From: an uncultured Verrucomicrobiae bacterium
GTDB taxonomy: Bacteria; Verrucomicrobiota; Verrucomicrobiia; Chthoniobacterales; Chthoniobacteraceae
Direction of reading: 5' to 3'
NCBI GenBank assembly: GCA_963836755.1
Contig: CAWIKF010000002.1
Span: forward strand, 256,001-320,000
Length of the DNA stretch: 64,000 bases
Made by a program: the position numbers and the translations under genes. Positions 20,801 to 29,674 of this stretch are shown in pieces; the stretch's first letter is position 1, and every line of letters begins with the position of its first letter. The notes under the pieces are model-generated. The model was given only the letters and a program-made list of their open reading frames with translations. It was not told the DNA's origin and made no database searches.

Positions 20801-21472
20801 GATTAAAAGTCCAAGTTCCGTAGCGCCGGCAACCAGCCGCGCCTCAGGAAAATCTTCCATCAAGTTGAACAATTGATCGAGCGATTGCGGGCGGAAAAAT
20901 CTTTCGCTGCCGCATTCGATTCGCAACGGCGTCAAAGTTGCTGGCGGCTCGTGAAGCCGCTCTGCATAAGCATCCGCGCCGCTTTTGGCAAACGCCTCGA
21001 TGGCCGCCTCGCGGATGGGGCGGTAACCCGTGCAGCGGCACAAGTTTCCCGCAAGCTGCTCGTCGAGCTGCGCATTCGTTTGCAAATCGCGGCGATGAAA
21101 TCCCTCGAAAAGCGACATGACGAACCCAGGCGTGCAGTAACCGCATTGCGACCCAAAATTTTTCAACATCGCTTCCTGCACGGGATGCAGCGCACCATTT
21201 TTCAAACCTTCCACCGTCACAATTTCGCGCCCGGCCATCGTGGGCAACGGCACAAGACAACTATTGATCGCGCGGAAACAAGCGTTCCCATTTGTATCGC
21301 GATCAATCATCACGACCGAGCACGCGCCGCAGTCGCCCTCGGCGCAACCTTCTTTGGTTCCAGTGCGGCCGCTGCGGCGCAGCCAGTTCAGCAGAGTGGT
21401 GTTCGGCGAGACGTTTTCCGCGCGAACTTTGTCGCCATTCAATTGAAACTCAATCACCGCGCCGGCCGTCAT
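17823..21472 (-). CDS. xdhAB: Xanthine dehydrogenase, single-chain XdhA-XdhB fusion; +1 frameshifts near 19785 and 19584
   Basis: 2Fe-2S motifs GCAEGDCGAC, QCGYCTPG and NLCRCTGY; FAD domain IRNRATMGGN; same frame continues into PHESGHKHVTGEA, then GGQDHFYLE, GGGFGGKE, AFRGFG and SKAVGEPP. Confidence 0.92.
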
Positions 21473-22827
21473 TTCCTGCGGCCTTGCAAGATTTTCAAAA
21501 ACGACCGCGTGCGGATTTCATCGAGAGTCAGACCTGTGGCGAGCGCCTCGTCCTCGGTGATTGCGCCGCAGCTCAGACCGCGCAGAAAAAAGTTGAGCAG
21601 CCCCTGGCCCGTCGCCGCATCGTCGAATACGTCGCCGAAGAGCGAAGCCAGCGCGGCCTTTGCCACAAAGGCTTTGAGCCGATTCGAGGCCGATTCGAGC
21701 CCGCGCAAAAAGAAGGCGTAAACGGCGGCATAGCGCACCACGAATTGCGCGGGATGCAAATCCCAACCTTGATAAATGCCATGGCGGAGCGAGTGCATCG
21801 TGTCGTCGAAAGCAAGCTTCCATGCGGTGTGGACGGCGGCGCGGTTCGCGGCGATTTGCTGCGGAGTCAACGGCTGCGATTCGCTCGCGCGATGCGGGCC
21901 GACTGGCAAAATATTCGTCGCACCATCGGAAAGATGAATGCCGGTGCCGGCGAGCGAGACGGCCATGACCTCGCGCGCAAAATCGCAAACCGGATGCTGC
22001 ATTGTCTGGTAAGCGGCGGTGATGCCCCGCGAGGCGGTGTAATCGTAGACGCCAAAATGCACGCTGCGGCAGCGCCCTTCCGCGGCTGCGATGAGCGAGG
22101 GAATTCCGATTTCGCCGTCGCGATGAATGATCGCCTGCGGCGTCTCGATCATCAGTTCCACGCGCAACGCGCCCGCGGCGAGGTCGTTCTTTTTCTCCAA
22201 AATTTCGAGCAGCCGCACGCTGGCTGTGACCTGTTCGGGAATTTGAACTTTCGGAATCGTGATGACAAAATTTGCGGGTAAATTTCCGCCGCTCTCGGCC
22301 AGCAAAGTCGTTACGAAAATATCGAGCGTGCGAATCGCCCGCGCGCGCAAATCTTCGTTGAGCGGCTTGATGCGGACGCCGATGAAAGGCGGCAGCGTGC
22401 CGGCGGCGAGACCGCGCGCGACTTCCACCGCGCTCGCGGCCGCATGACCGTCTTCCTCAGCATCCATGCGGTTTCCGTAGCCATCCTCGAAATCGAGGCG
22501 AAAATCTTCCACAGGCTCGCGTCGCAGTTTTTCGACGACCCGATCGTAGATCGTTGCAGCGAAAATCGCATCGTCGCCGAGATCCAAAACGTGCGCGAGC
22601 GCCACTGCGTTCGGCGCATTTTCCTCGAGCGAACGCAACGCCACCGCGCCGAGCCGCTGCGCCGTGTCGGCTTTGAAAAGATGGCCGCCGCCGTAAACGG
22701 AATGCACCGCCTGTCGTCGGTTCGACTCGCCCGGATAATGCGCGGCAAAGTCACGATTCGCCGCACTCAGGTCACCGATGATGGCGTTGATTTCCGAGCC
22801 AAAACTGGTGCGCGGTTTCTCGCTCAC
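21469..22827 (-). CDS. Uncharacterised CitE/HpcH-like TIM-barrel enzyme (DUF6986-like)
   Basis: DFRLDFEDGYG, GVRIK, ELMIETPQ, HFGVYDY and GWDLHPAQ parallel CitE/malyl-CoA lyase motifs; GTGA and ATGA overlaps with its neighbours. Confidence 0.75.
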   Translation of the reverse strand: MSEKPRTSFGSEINAIIGDLSAANRDFAAHYPGESNRRQAVHSVYGGGHLFKADTAQRLGAVALRSLEENAPNAVALAHVLDLGDDAIFAATIYDRVVEKLRREPVEDFRLDFEDGYGNRMDAEEDGHAAASAVEVARGLAAGTLPPFIGVRIKPLNEDLRARAIRTLDIFVTTLLAESGGNLPANFVITIPKVQIPEQVTASVRLLEILEKKNDLAAGALRVELMIETPQAIIHRDGEIGIPSLIAAAEGRCRSVHFGVYDYTASRGITAAYQTMQHPVCDFAREVMAVSLAGTGIHLSDGATNILPVGPHRASESQPLTPQQIAANRAAVHTAWKLAFDDTMHSLRHGIYQGWDLHPAQFVVRYAAVYAFFLRGLESASNRLKAFVAKAALASLFGDVFDDAATGQGLLNFFLRGLSCGAITEDEALATGLTLDEIRTRSFLKILQGRRK

Positions 22828-23555
22828 AATGGCGAACGATTCACGTCTTTGTAGTAAATGTAAACCGCCGGCTCGCTCCCAAGCGCGACAAACCACTGCG
22901 GACAAAACGGTGCCATCCAGATCACGTCGCCGGCCTGCACCGGATACCATTCCGACTCGAGCCGGTAAACGCCCGCGCCGGCGAGCATGAGCAGCCCGTG
23001 CTCCATCACATGCGTTTCCACGAAAGGCAGCGCCGCGCCGGGATCGTAGCTGAAAATGTTTACCGCCATGTCAAACGAAGCGTTGTCAGGCAGCAACACT
23101 TGTAAGCGTGCGTGCGGATCGCCCAAGAACGGAGCGCCAGCGATGTCGGCAGCGTCGCCGGTAAAGAAATTGGGCGCGGATTTTGACGCCAACGGTTCGT
23201 AGCGCTTTTGGAACAAAAGCAGACGCGTCTCTTTTTTTGCGGAGCGAAAATCGTAGTCGCTGCCGGGGGGAAGATACGCGTAATTGCCGGAGCTGAGCGC
23301 GTGCCCGTTGATCGAGCATTTGCCGTCGATCACATAGGCGAAAAGTTCCGATTCTCCCGTCGCGCCCGCACCGCGCCCGTTGCGCTCAAGCGTGATCGAG
23401 GTCTGCGCGAACTTCGCGCCGAGCGCCGGCGAGATTAATACGCACGCGACGCAGTTCGTCCAGCCGGGCAGAACGCTCGGCACAAAACCGTTGGGCGTGA
23501 AAAGCGCGTGCCGTTCCTTCACGACATTGCGGGAGCTCCCGAGTGGATGATTCAT
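22824..23555 (-). CDS. allE: (S)-ureidoglycine aminohydrolase (YlbA/AllE, bicupin)
   Basis: FDMAVNIFSYDPG, PFVETHVMEHG, GDVIWMAPFCPQWF, YIYYKDVNR. Confidence 0.93.
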   Translation of the reverse strand: MNHPLGSSRNVVKERHALFTPNGFVPSVLPGWTNCVACVLISPALGAKFAQTSITLERNGRGAGATGESELFAYVIDGKCSINGHALSSGNYAYLPPGSDYDFRSAKKETRLLLFQKRYEPLASKSAPNFFTGDAADIAGAPFLGDPHARLQVLLPDNASFDMAVNIFSYDPGAALPFVETHVMEHGLLMLAGAGVYRLESEWYPVQAGDVIWMAPFCPQWFVALGSEPAVYIYYKDVNRSPL

Positions 23556-24862
23556 GAAAAAGGCGTGATCAACTGGCCGCGCGGCGGCGCGACGATTCTG
23601 CCCTCGCAATAAACCGTCTGTCCACGCAGAAGCGTCCGCACAACACGCCCGCGAAGTTTTCGGCCGATGTATGGACTGTGCTGGTGTCTGTAAAACAAAG
23701 TGTTGTCGGTGATTATGTTGTCGAATTTCGCGTCAAACAAGACGCAGTCAGCATCCGCGCCGATTTCGATGCGACCCTTGCGTGGCGCGATGCGGAAGCA
23801 CGCTGCAACATTTTCGGCGGTCAGCCTCGCAATCTTCTCGAACGGAATTTTGCACTCGACGACCAGCGAGAGCAGATGCTGGCAGCCTGAAATGCCGCCC
23901 CAGACCTTGAAAAAATTGGCGTCTGTTTTCATCTCCGGCGGCGCGGGCGAATGATCGGAGCCGATCGTCGTTACTTCGCCAGCCAGCACTTTGTTTACTA
24001 AAAGCGCACGCTCCGTGTCGGCTCGCAACGGCGGTGCGCATTTGGCTATTGCCCCGAGTTTTTCCATGTCGTCAAAGTTCAGCACCAGATAATGCGGACA
24101 CGTCTCGCACGTCACATCCGCGCCGCGCATTCGCGCTTCCGCGACCAGCGACACGCCCGCTGCGGAACTCACGTGGACGATGTGCAGCGCGCACTCTGTT
24201 TCGCCCGCGAGGTCAATGGCGATGCGGATCGCCGCGAGTTCAGCGCGGATTGGACGCGACTCGAGATAATCGCGCACGCTCGTCTTTCCGTCGGCGATTT
24301 TCGCGGCGGTGAGCTCACGCGTGATCTCCTCCGATTCCGCATGCACCGCGACAATCAATCCACACGCCGCCGCGCGTTTCATCCCTGCGCGCAAAGTGGT
24401 TGCATCGGCGCGCGCGAAATCGTCGATGCCGCTGTTCGACATGAACGCTTTCAAGCCGATCACGCCACGATCGCGCAGCGTTTCGATTTGATCGAGGTTG
24501 CCGGGAACCAATCCGCCCCAGAGTGCGAAATCGACGACCGATTGCGCCTCGGCCGCCGCGCGTTTTTGATTGAAACTTTCGCCGTCGCACGTTGGCGGAT
24601 GCGCGTTGAGCGGCATGTCGAAAAAAGTTGTCGTGCCGCCCGCCGCGCAAGCTCTGGAGCCGCTCGCGAGGCCTTCCCACTCCGCGCGGCCGGGCTCGTT
24701 GAAGTGCACATGCGCGTCAATCACGCCCGGAAAAATTTGCAGCCCGCGCGCATCGATTTCCTCGCGCGCCGAACTCGCGTCGAACGAAACAAATTTTCCA
24801 TCGGCGATCCCGATTTCGGGAAAGGGCGAAGCGCCGCGAATCAACAAATCCAGCTCGCTCAT
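23552..24862 (-). CDS. allB: Allantoinase
   Basis: IDAHVHFNEPGRAEWEG, DMPLN, LKAFM, VHAE, HIVH, KCAPPLR, SDHSP. Confidence 0.93.
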   Translation of the reverse strand: MSELDLLIRGASPFPEIGIADGKFVSFDASSAREEIDARGLQIFPGVIDAHVHFNEPGRAEWEGLASGSRACAAGGTTTFFDMPLNAHPPTCDGESFNQKRAAAEAQSVVDFALWGGLVPGNLDQIETLRDRGVIGLKAFMSNSGIDDFARADATTLRAGMKRAAACGLIVAVHAESEEITRELTAAKIADGKTSVRDYLESRPIRAELAAIRIAIDLAGETECALHIVHVSSAAGVSLVAEARMRGADVTCETCPHYLVLNFDDMEKLGAIAKCAPPLRADTERALLVNKVLAGEVTTIGSDHSPAPPEMKTDANFFKVWGGISGCQHLLSLVVECKIPFEKIARLTAENVAACFRIAPRKGRIEIGADADCVLFDAKFDNIITDNTLFYRHQHSPYIGRKLRGRVVRTLLRGQTVYCEGRIVAPPRGQLITPFS

Positions 24863-25999
24863 GGCGCTTTCAGGCTGCGTAAAAAATCTGCGAGCACTGC
24901 GACTGCTTTGGCCACATCGCTTTCCAAAACGGATTCGTCGGGATGATGACTGAGCGCGTTTTTACAACGCACGAAGAGCATCGCGACCGGGCAGAGCGTA
25001 GCGATTGCCGCCGCGTCGTGACCGGCGCCGCTCGGCAGCGCGAGGACTTTTTTTTCGTGCTTGGCGACCGCGGCGCGAAACAGGCGCGTAAGCTTCGCAT
25101 CGCATGGGACCGTGCTCGTTTCCTGCACCAATTTCCATTCCGCAGGCAGCCGGCGTCGCCGCGCAATTTGTGAAACTTTTGTTTCTCAGCGTGCGCAATG
25201 CCGCGAGCCGCCGCGCATCTTTTTGATGGCGCACGTCGAGGCTCAGCGTTGCGCGCTCGGGGATCACATTGCTCACGCACGGGGCGATTTTTATTTCGCC
25301 GACGGTCGCGGTGACGCCGGATTTTTCCACGGCCAAAATCAATTCCGCAGCGGCGCAAAGCGCGTCGTGGCGCAGATTCATCGGCGTGGTTCCGGCGTGA
25401 CCGGCGCGGCCGAAAAATTCGACGCTCACGCGCGATTGGCCTGCAATCGCGGTCACCACGCCGACGCCGAGTCCGCACGATTCTAGCACGGGACCTTGCT
25501 CAATGTGGACTTCCGCGTAGCCGAAAAATTCGCCCGGTTTTCGCCGCGCGCGTTCGATGCCTTTCTCCGCGATCCCCTTCAAATCAGGCTTCGCGAGCGT
25601 TCCAGCCATCGCGCGGCTGCCGAGATAAGCCGTTTGATAGCGGACACCTTCCTCATCGGAAAAGCCCGCGACTTCGACAGCAAACGGAAGTGTTACATTC
25701 GTTTCCCGCAAATGTTGCAGCGTCGCAATCGCCACGAGCACGCCGAGCGGGCCATCGTATTTTCCCGCGTTGCGCACCGTGTCGAGATGCGAGCCGAGCA
25801 AAAAAGTTTTCGCGCGCGGGTTGGGAGATTCGAGACGGCCGAGCAAATTAAACGCCGCATCTTCGCTCACGGCCAGGCCGGCTTCGCGCATCCATTTTCC
25901 GACGAGGGCATTCGCGCGCCGCATGGCCGGCGAATGAAAGGTGCGCGTCAAATGCGGCGGCTCGTCGGTGATCGCGCCGAGCTCATCGGCGCGGCGCAT
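24859..25999 (-). CDS. allC: Allantoate amidohydrolase (M20); +1 frameshift near 25171; start may be up to ~30 nt further upstream
   Basis: GSHLDTV, DGPLGV, DEEG, EVHIEQG, GHAGTTPM, then PSGAGHDA and SHHPDE in the second frame; position in the operon. Confidence 0.85.
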
Positions 26000-26335
26000 C
26001 AGCTCCCGCGATAAGTGCTGTAGGCCCATGGCGAACAAAGCAGCGGGACGTGATAAGCGGCTGTCCCGTCGCCGATGAAAAAACGCACCGGAACGCGATC
26101 GAGAAATTTCTTTTCGCCAAAATAATCGCCAACGAAAAAAATCAGCTCGAACTCGCCAGTCTTGATTTCGTCGGCATTCAGGAGCGGTTCATCGGTGCGG
26201 CCGTCGGCGTTCGTCACGAGTTGTTTCAACAAAATGCGCTCATCCATTCTCGTGCCGCCAAAGTTCGATTTGCATGCCGGCGGCAGGCCGACCGCTCGCG
26301 GTATCGAGAACGTGTGTGGAAAGTTTTGATTTCAT
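25999..26335 (-). CDS. uraH: 5-hydroxyisourate hydrolase; +1 frameshift near 26243
   Basis: Hand-translated N-terminus [20 protein letters not shown] from ATG 26335; TNADGR; C-terminal YHVPLL...YSTYRGS. Confidence 0.92.
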
Positions 26336-26835
26336 TTTTCCTTGATCAAATCGGCGAGACGCAGCTCGGCAATTTTGAAGATTTCGCAAAGCGCGATTTC
26401 GATTTCCTGTTCGCGCGAGTTTGGCAAGCGCTCATGAAACGCGCGGAGAATCGCCTCTTTTTTATTCAGCCGCGCGCAGATCACAAACGGAAAACCGAAG
26501 CGCTCGCGATAGGCGCGATTCTGTTTTTCAAACAATTCGATCTCCTCCGGCGTGAGCTGCATCAAGCCCGCGGCGGTTTGTTCGCCGCGCGATTCGTTGG
26601 TCAAAACCGCACGTCCGACGAGGTCCGGATGCGCGCGGATCAGCGCCAGTTTTTTTTCCTCCGATGCGGCGCGAACGCTGTCGCAGAGCGCCTCGCGGAG
26701 CTGCGCAACACTTTGGAAAGGGCGCTGCGCGGCCGCGCTTTCCGCGATCCACGGGGAGTGCTCGAAGACCGGGCCGACCACGCGCACGAACTCCGCCGGC
26801 GGCAGCGCGTTGATCTCGGAAAGCGGATGGCTCAC
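26332..26835 (-). CDS. uraD: OHCU decarboxylase
   Basis: FEHSPWIAE, IRAHPDL, SRGEQ, YRERFGFPFVICAR, KIAELRL; GTG start at 26835. Confidence 0.93.
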   Translation of the reverse strand: MSHPLSEINALPPAEFVRVVGPVFEHSPWIAESAAAQRPFQSVAQLREALCDSVRAASEEKKLALIRAHPDLVGRAVLTNESRGEQTAAGLMQLTPEEIELFEKQNRAYRERFGFPFVICARLNKKEAILRAFHERLPNSREQEIEIALCEIFKIAELRLADLIKEK

Positions 26836-26887
26836 GCGCGCACAATAACTTTGCGGCAAGCCGATTCGCCACGCTAAATGTTGCGCG

Positions 26888-28132
26888 ATGAGCACCGTCG
26901 ATCCCGAGCGCACCATCGCGGAACTCCAGGAACTGCGCGAGCTGACGGGCGATGAAAACGGCGCGCAGCGCGTTGCTTTTACGCCGATGTGGATGAAGGC
27001 GCGCGCGTGGTTTCGGCGGAAGCTGGAGGAAATTCCAGCGGAGGTTCGCACGGACGCGGCGGGAAATGTCTGGGCGACTTTGCGCGGCGAATCGGACCGC
27101 GCGCTTTTGATTGGCGGGCATATCGACTCGGTGCCGAACGGCGGCTGGCTCGACGGCTGTTTAAACATTGTCGCAGGGCTGGAAATTTTGCGCCGCATCC
27201 ACGCGGAGTTTGGCGGGCGTCCGCCGATCACGGTGCGGCTGGTGGATTGGTGCGACGAGGAAGGGGCGCGCTTTGGAAAAAGTCTTTTCGGCTCGTCCGC
27301 GTTTTCGGGAAATCTCGACATGGACGAGGCGCGCGGGCTGAAGGATCGCGATGGAATTTTGCTCGGGGATGCGCTGCGCGAATGCGGAATCGATTTCGAA
27401 AATGTAAAAGCGAGTGGCGAGGAACGCGCGCACGCCGCCGCTTATATCGAGCTGCACATCGAGCAGGGGCCGGTGCTGCTCGATCTCGATCTGCCGCTCG
27501 GCGCGGTGCTCGGGACTTTTGGCGTGGAGCGGCATGCGATCACGTTTCGCGGGCAGGCAGCGCACTCCGGCAGCACGCCGATGAACCGCCGGCGCGACGC
27601 CTTTCTCGCCGCCGCGAAGATGAGCCCGGAGATTTACGAAATCGCAGCGCGCAGCGGCGGCGGCGTTTGCACGATCGGCTCTTGCACGACGAAACCGGGC
27701 ATCGTCACGAGCGTGGTCGAGGAATGCCGCATCACGCTCGACCAGCGCCATCTCGATGCCGGCGCGCTCGCGCAAATGTTAAACGAAGCGCGCGCGGCCA
27801 GTGAAAAGTTTGCGCGGGAAGGCAATGTCGAGGTCGCTTGGGAAAGGCTCTGGCAAATCGCGCCGCGTCCGTTCGACGCGAAATTGATCGAGCTTTGCGA
27901 CGAGGCGATCCGCGAGGCGTGTGGCGTGTCGCATCGGCTGCCGAGCGGGCCGCTGCACGACGCCGCGGAGGTTGCGGCGGCGGGGATTCCGACGGTGATG
28001 ATGTTCGTGCAAAGTTTGCACGGCATTTCGCACAATAAAATCGAGGACACCTGCGAGGAGCACCTGGCGCTGGCGGTGAAGGCTTTTGATCGCCTTGCGA
28101 GCAAAGTTCTCGCGGCGCTCGCGGTGGAGTAA
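26888..28132 (+). CDS. M20-family Zn amidohydrolase (carbamoylase or ureidoglycolate amidohydrolase-like), divergent from the purine operon
   Basis: GGHIDSV, DGCL, DEEG, ELHIEQG, AHSGSTPM, SGPLHDA, GISHN. Confidence 0.88.
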   Translation: MSTVDPERTIAELQELRELTGDENGAQRVAFTPMWMKARAWFRRKLEEIPAEVRTDAAGNVWATLRGESDRALLIGGHIDSVPNGGWLDGCLNIVAGLEILRRIHAEFGGRPPITVRLVDWCDEEGARFGKSLFGSSAFSGNLDMDEARGLKDRDGILLGDALRECGIDFENVKASGEERAHAAAYIELHIEQGPVLLDLDLPLGAVLGTFGVERHAITFRGQAAHSGSTPMNRRRDAFLAAAKMSPEIYEIAARSGGGVCTIGSCTTKPGIVTSVVEECRITLDQRHLDAGALAQMLNEARAASEKFAREGNVEVAWERLWQIAPRPFDAKLIELCDEAIREACGVSHRLPSGPLHDAAEVAAAGIPTVMMFVQSLHGISHNKIEDTCEEHLALAVKAFDRLASKVLAALAVE

Positions 28133-28183
28133 AAAGTTCGCAGCGGACAATGCTCCGCGACCCGGAACAAGGTGGCTTCGCTA

Positions 28184-29554
28184 TTACAATACCAGCGGCT
28201 CGCCGGGCAGCGGGACGATGACCTCGCTGCGCGGGAGGTCGCCGGCGAGGGTTTTCTGGAACCACTCGATGGCGGGAGGTTCGCCGTGAACGAGGATAAT
28301 TTTCGCGGGAGCAAGGCGGTTGATGTAATCGCGGATGCTCTCGCGCGGGGCGTGGCCGCTGAAGTCGAAGCACTCGATCTGTGCGCGCAACGGCTGGGAG
28401 GGAAAGTCGGGATCGAGCGCGACGGATGAGCCGGCGGCAGCGGCGCGGAGCTGGCCGCCGGGAGATTTCGGATCGGCGTAACCGACGAAAAAAATCGCGT
28501 GGAGCGGGTCGCTCATGATGCGGCGGGCGAAGCTGTTGGAGAGAGTTTTCGCGGTCATCATGCCGCTGGAGAGCGCGTAGATGCGGCCGGGGCGGATCGG
28601 TTCGTCGCCGGAGGCGCGGCCGGCGAGGACAAACGGCGCGACGTTGTGCAGGATTTGGAATTCGCTTTTGAGCCGCGTGGTCGAGTGGGCAAGTTTGTCG
28701 TAAATCTCGGTGAGCTTGGTGCTGAGGCCGCCGATGTAGATCGGGATGTTTGCGAGCTGGCCCGTTTTTTTTAAATCGTGGAGCATCGTGAGAAGCTCCT
28801 GTGTTTTACCGAGCGCAAAGAGCGGCATGAGCACGGCGCCTCCGCGCGCGAAAACCTGGCCGAGCGCCTTGGCGAGCCGGCGCTGCTCGCCGGCGCGCGT
28901 GAATCCGGCCGGCATTTCGTGGTCGCCGCGCGTGGTTTCGATGATGAGGAGGTCGATGTTTTCGCTGGGAAATGTCGCGCCGCGGGAAATGTTCTGGTCC
29001 AAAAAATTGACGTCGCCGCTGTAGAAAACCGTTTGTCCTTCGCCACGCAGCAGCACGCCGACTGCGCCGAGGACGTGGCCTGCGTCGTAAAATTCCAGCG
29101 TCGGTTCCGAATCGTCGCTCGTCCTTTCGCCGCCGGTCGTAAAGCGCTGATGCAGCGGAATGGCGCGCCAGCGTTTGATGCACTGGTCGATCTCGCGATG
29201 CGTGAAAAGCGGATAATTTTGCAGCCCAAGCTCCTCGCGTTGCCGCGTCATGACGTTGACGGAATTGTGCAGCATGACGTCGGCGAGATGCCGGGTCGCT
29301 TCGCTCATGAAAACCGGCGCGCGCGGCTGGCGTCGCATCAGCAGCGGCAGCGAGCCGAGATGGTCGTGATGCGCGTGCGTGAGGATGATGGCATCGACGG
29401 TGTCATCGCCGAGACGAGGAAAGTCCGGCAGCGCCTCGTCGCCGACGTGCTCGGGATGCATGCCCGCGTCGAGAACGACCCTTTTTCCGCCGAGCTCGAG
29501 AAGGTAGCAGTTTGCGCCGATCTCGATGCGCCTCGTAAGGTTCGTGAAATGCAT
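28184..29554 (-). CDS. MBL beta-CASP ribonuclease-family protein
   Basis: THAHHDH, AGHVLG, YSGD, FALGKTQE, SSGM, FSGHA, LVHGE. Confidence 0.88.
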   Translation of the reverse strand: MHFTNLTRRIEIGANCYLLELGGKRVVLDAGMHPEHVGDEALPDFPRLGDDTVDAIILTHAHHDHLGSLPLLMRRQPRAPVFMSEATRHLADVMLHNSVNVMTRQREELGLQNYPLFTHREIDQCIKRWRAIPLHQRFTTGGERTSDDSEPTLEFYDAGHVLGAVGVLLRGEGQTVFYSGDVNFLDQNISRGATFPSENIDLLIIETTRGDHEMPAGFTRAGEQRRLAKALGQVFARGGAVLMPLFALGKTQELLTMLHDLKKTGQLANIPIYIGGLSTKLTEIYDKLAHSTTRLKSEFQILHNVAPFVLAGRASGDEPIRPGRIYALSSGMMTAKTLSNSFARRIMSDPLHAIFFVGYADPKSPGGQLRAAAAGSSVALDPDFPSQPLRAQIECFDFSGHAPRESIRDYINRLAPAKIILVHGEPPAIEWFQKTLAGDLPRSEVIVPLPGEPLVL

Positions 29555-29674
29555 TGTGACGCTGGCATGCTAGCGCATCGCGGCGGATGGGGAATTTTTT
29601 TCCCGAAGAATCACGGGAAATGCTGTATGAAACAAAATGCCGCAACTTTCCTCAGCTGTCGTGTTTAATCCAAG

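Noticed and set aside
26855..26878. Sigma54 promoter for the purine operon (TGGCGAATCGGCTTGC, minus strand)
   Set aside because: GG-to-GC spacing is 11 nt rather than the required 10
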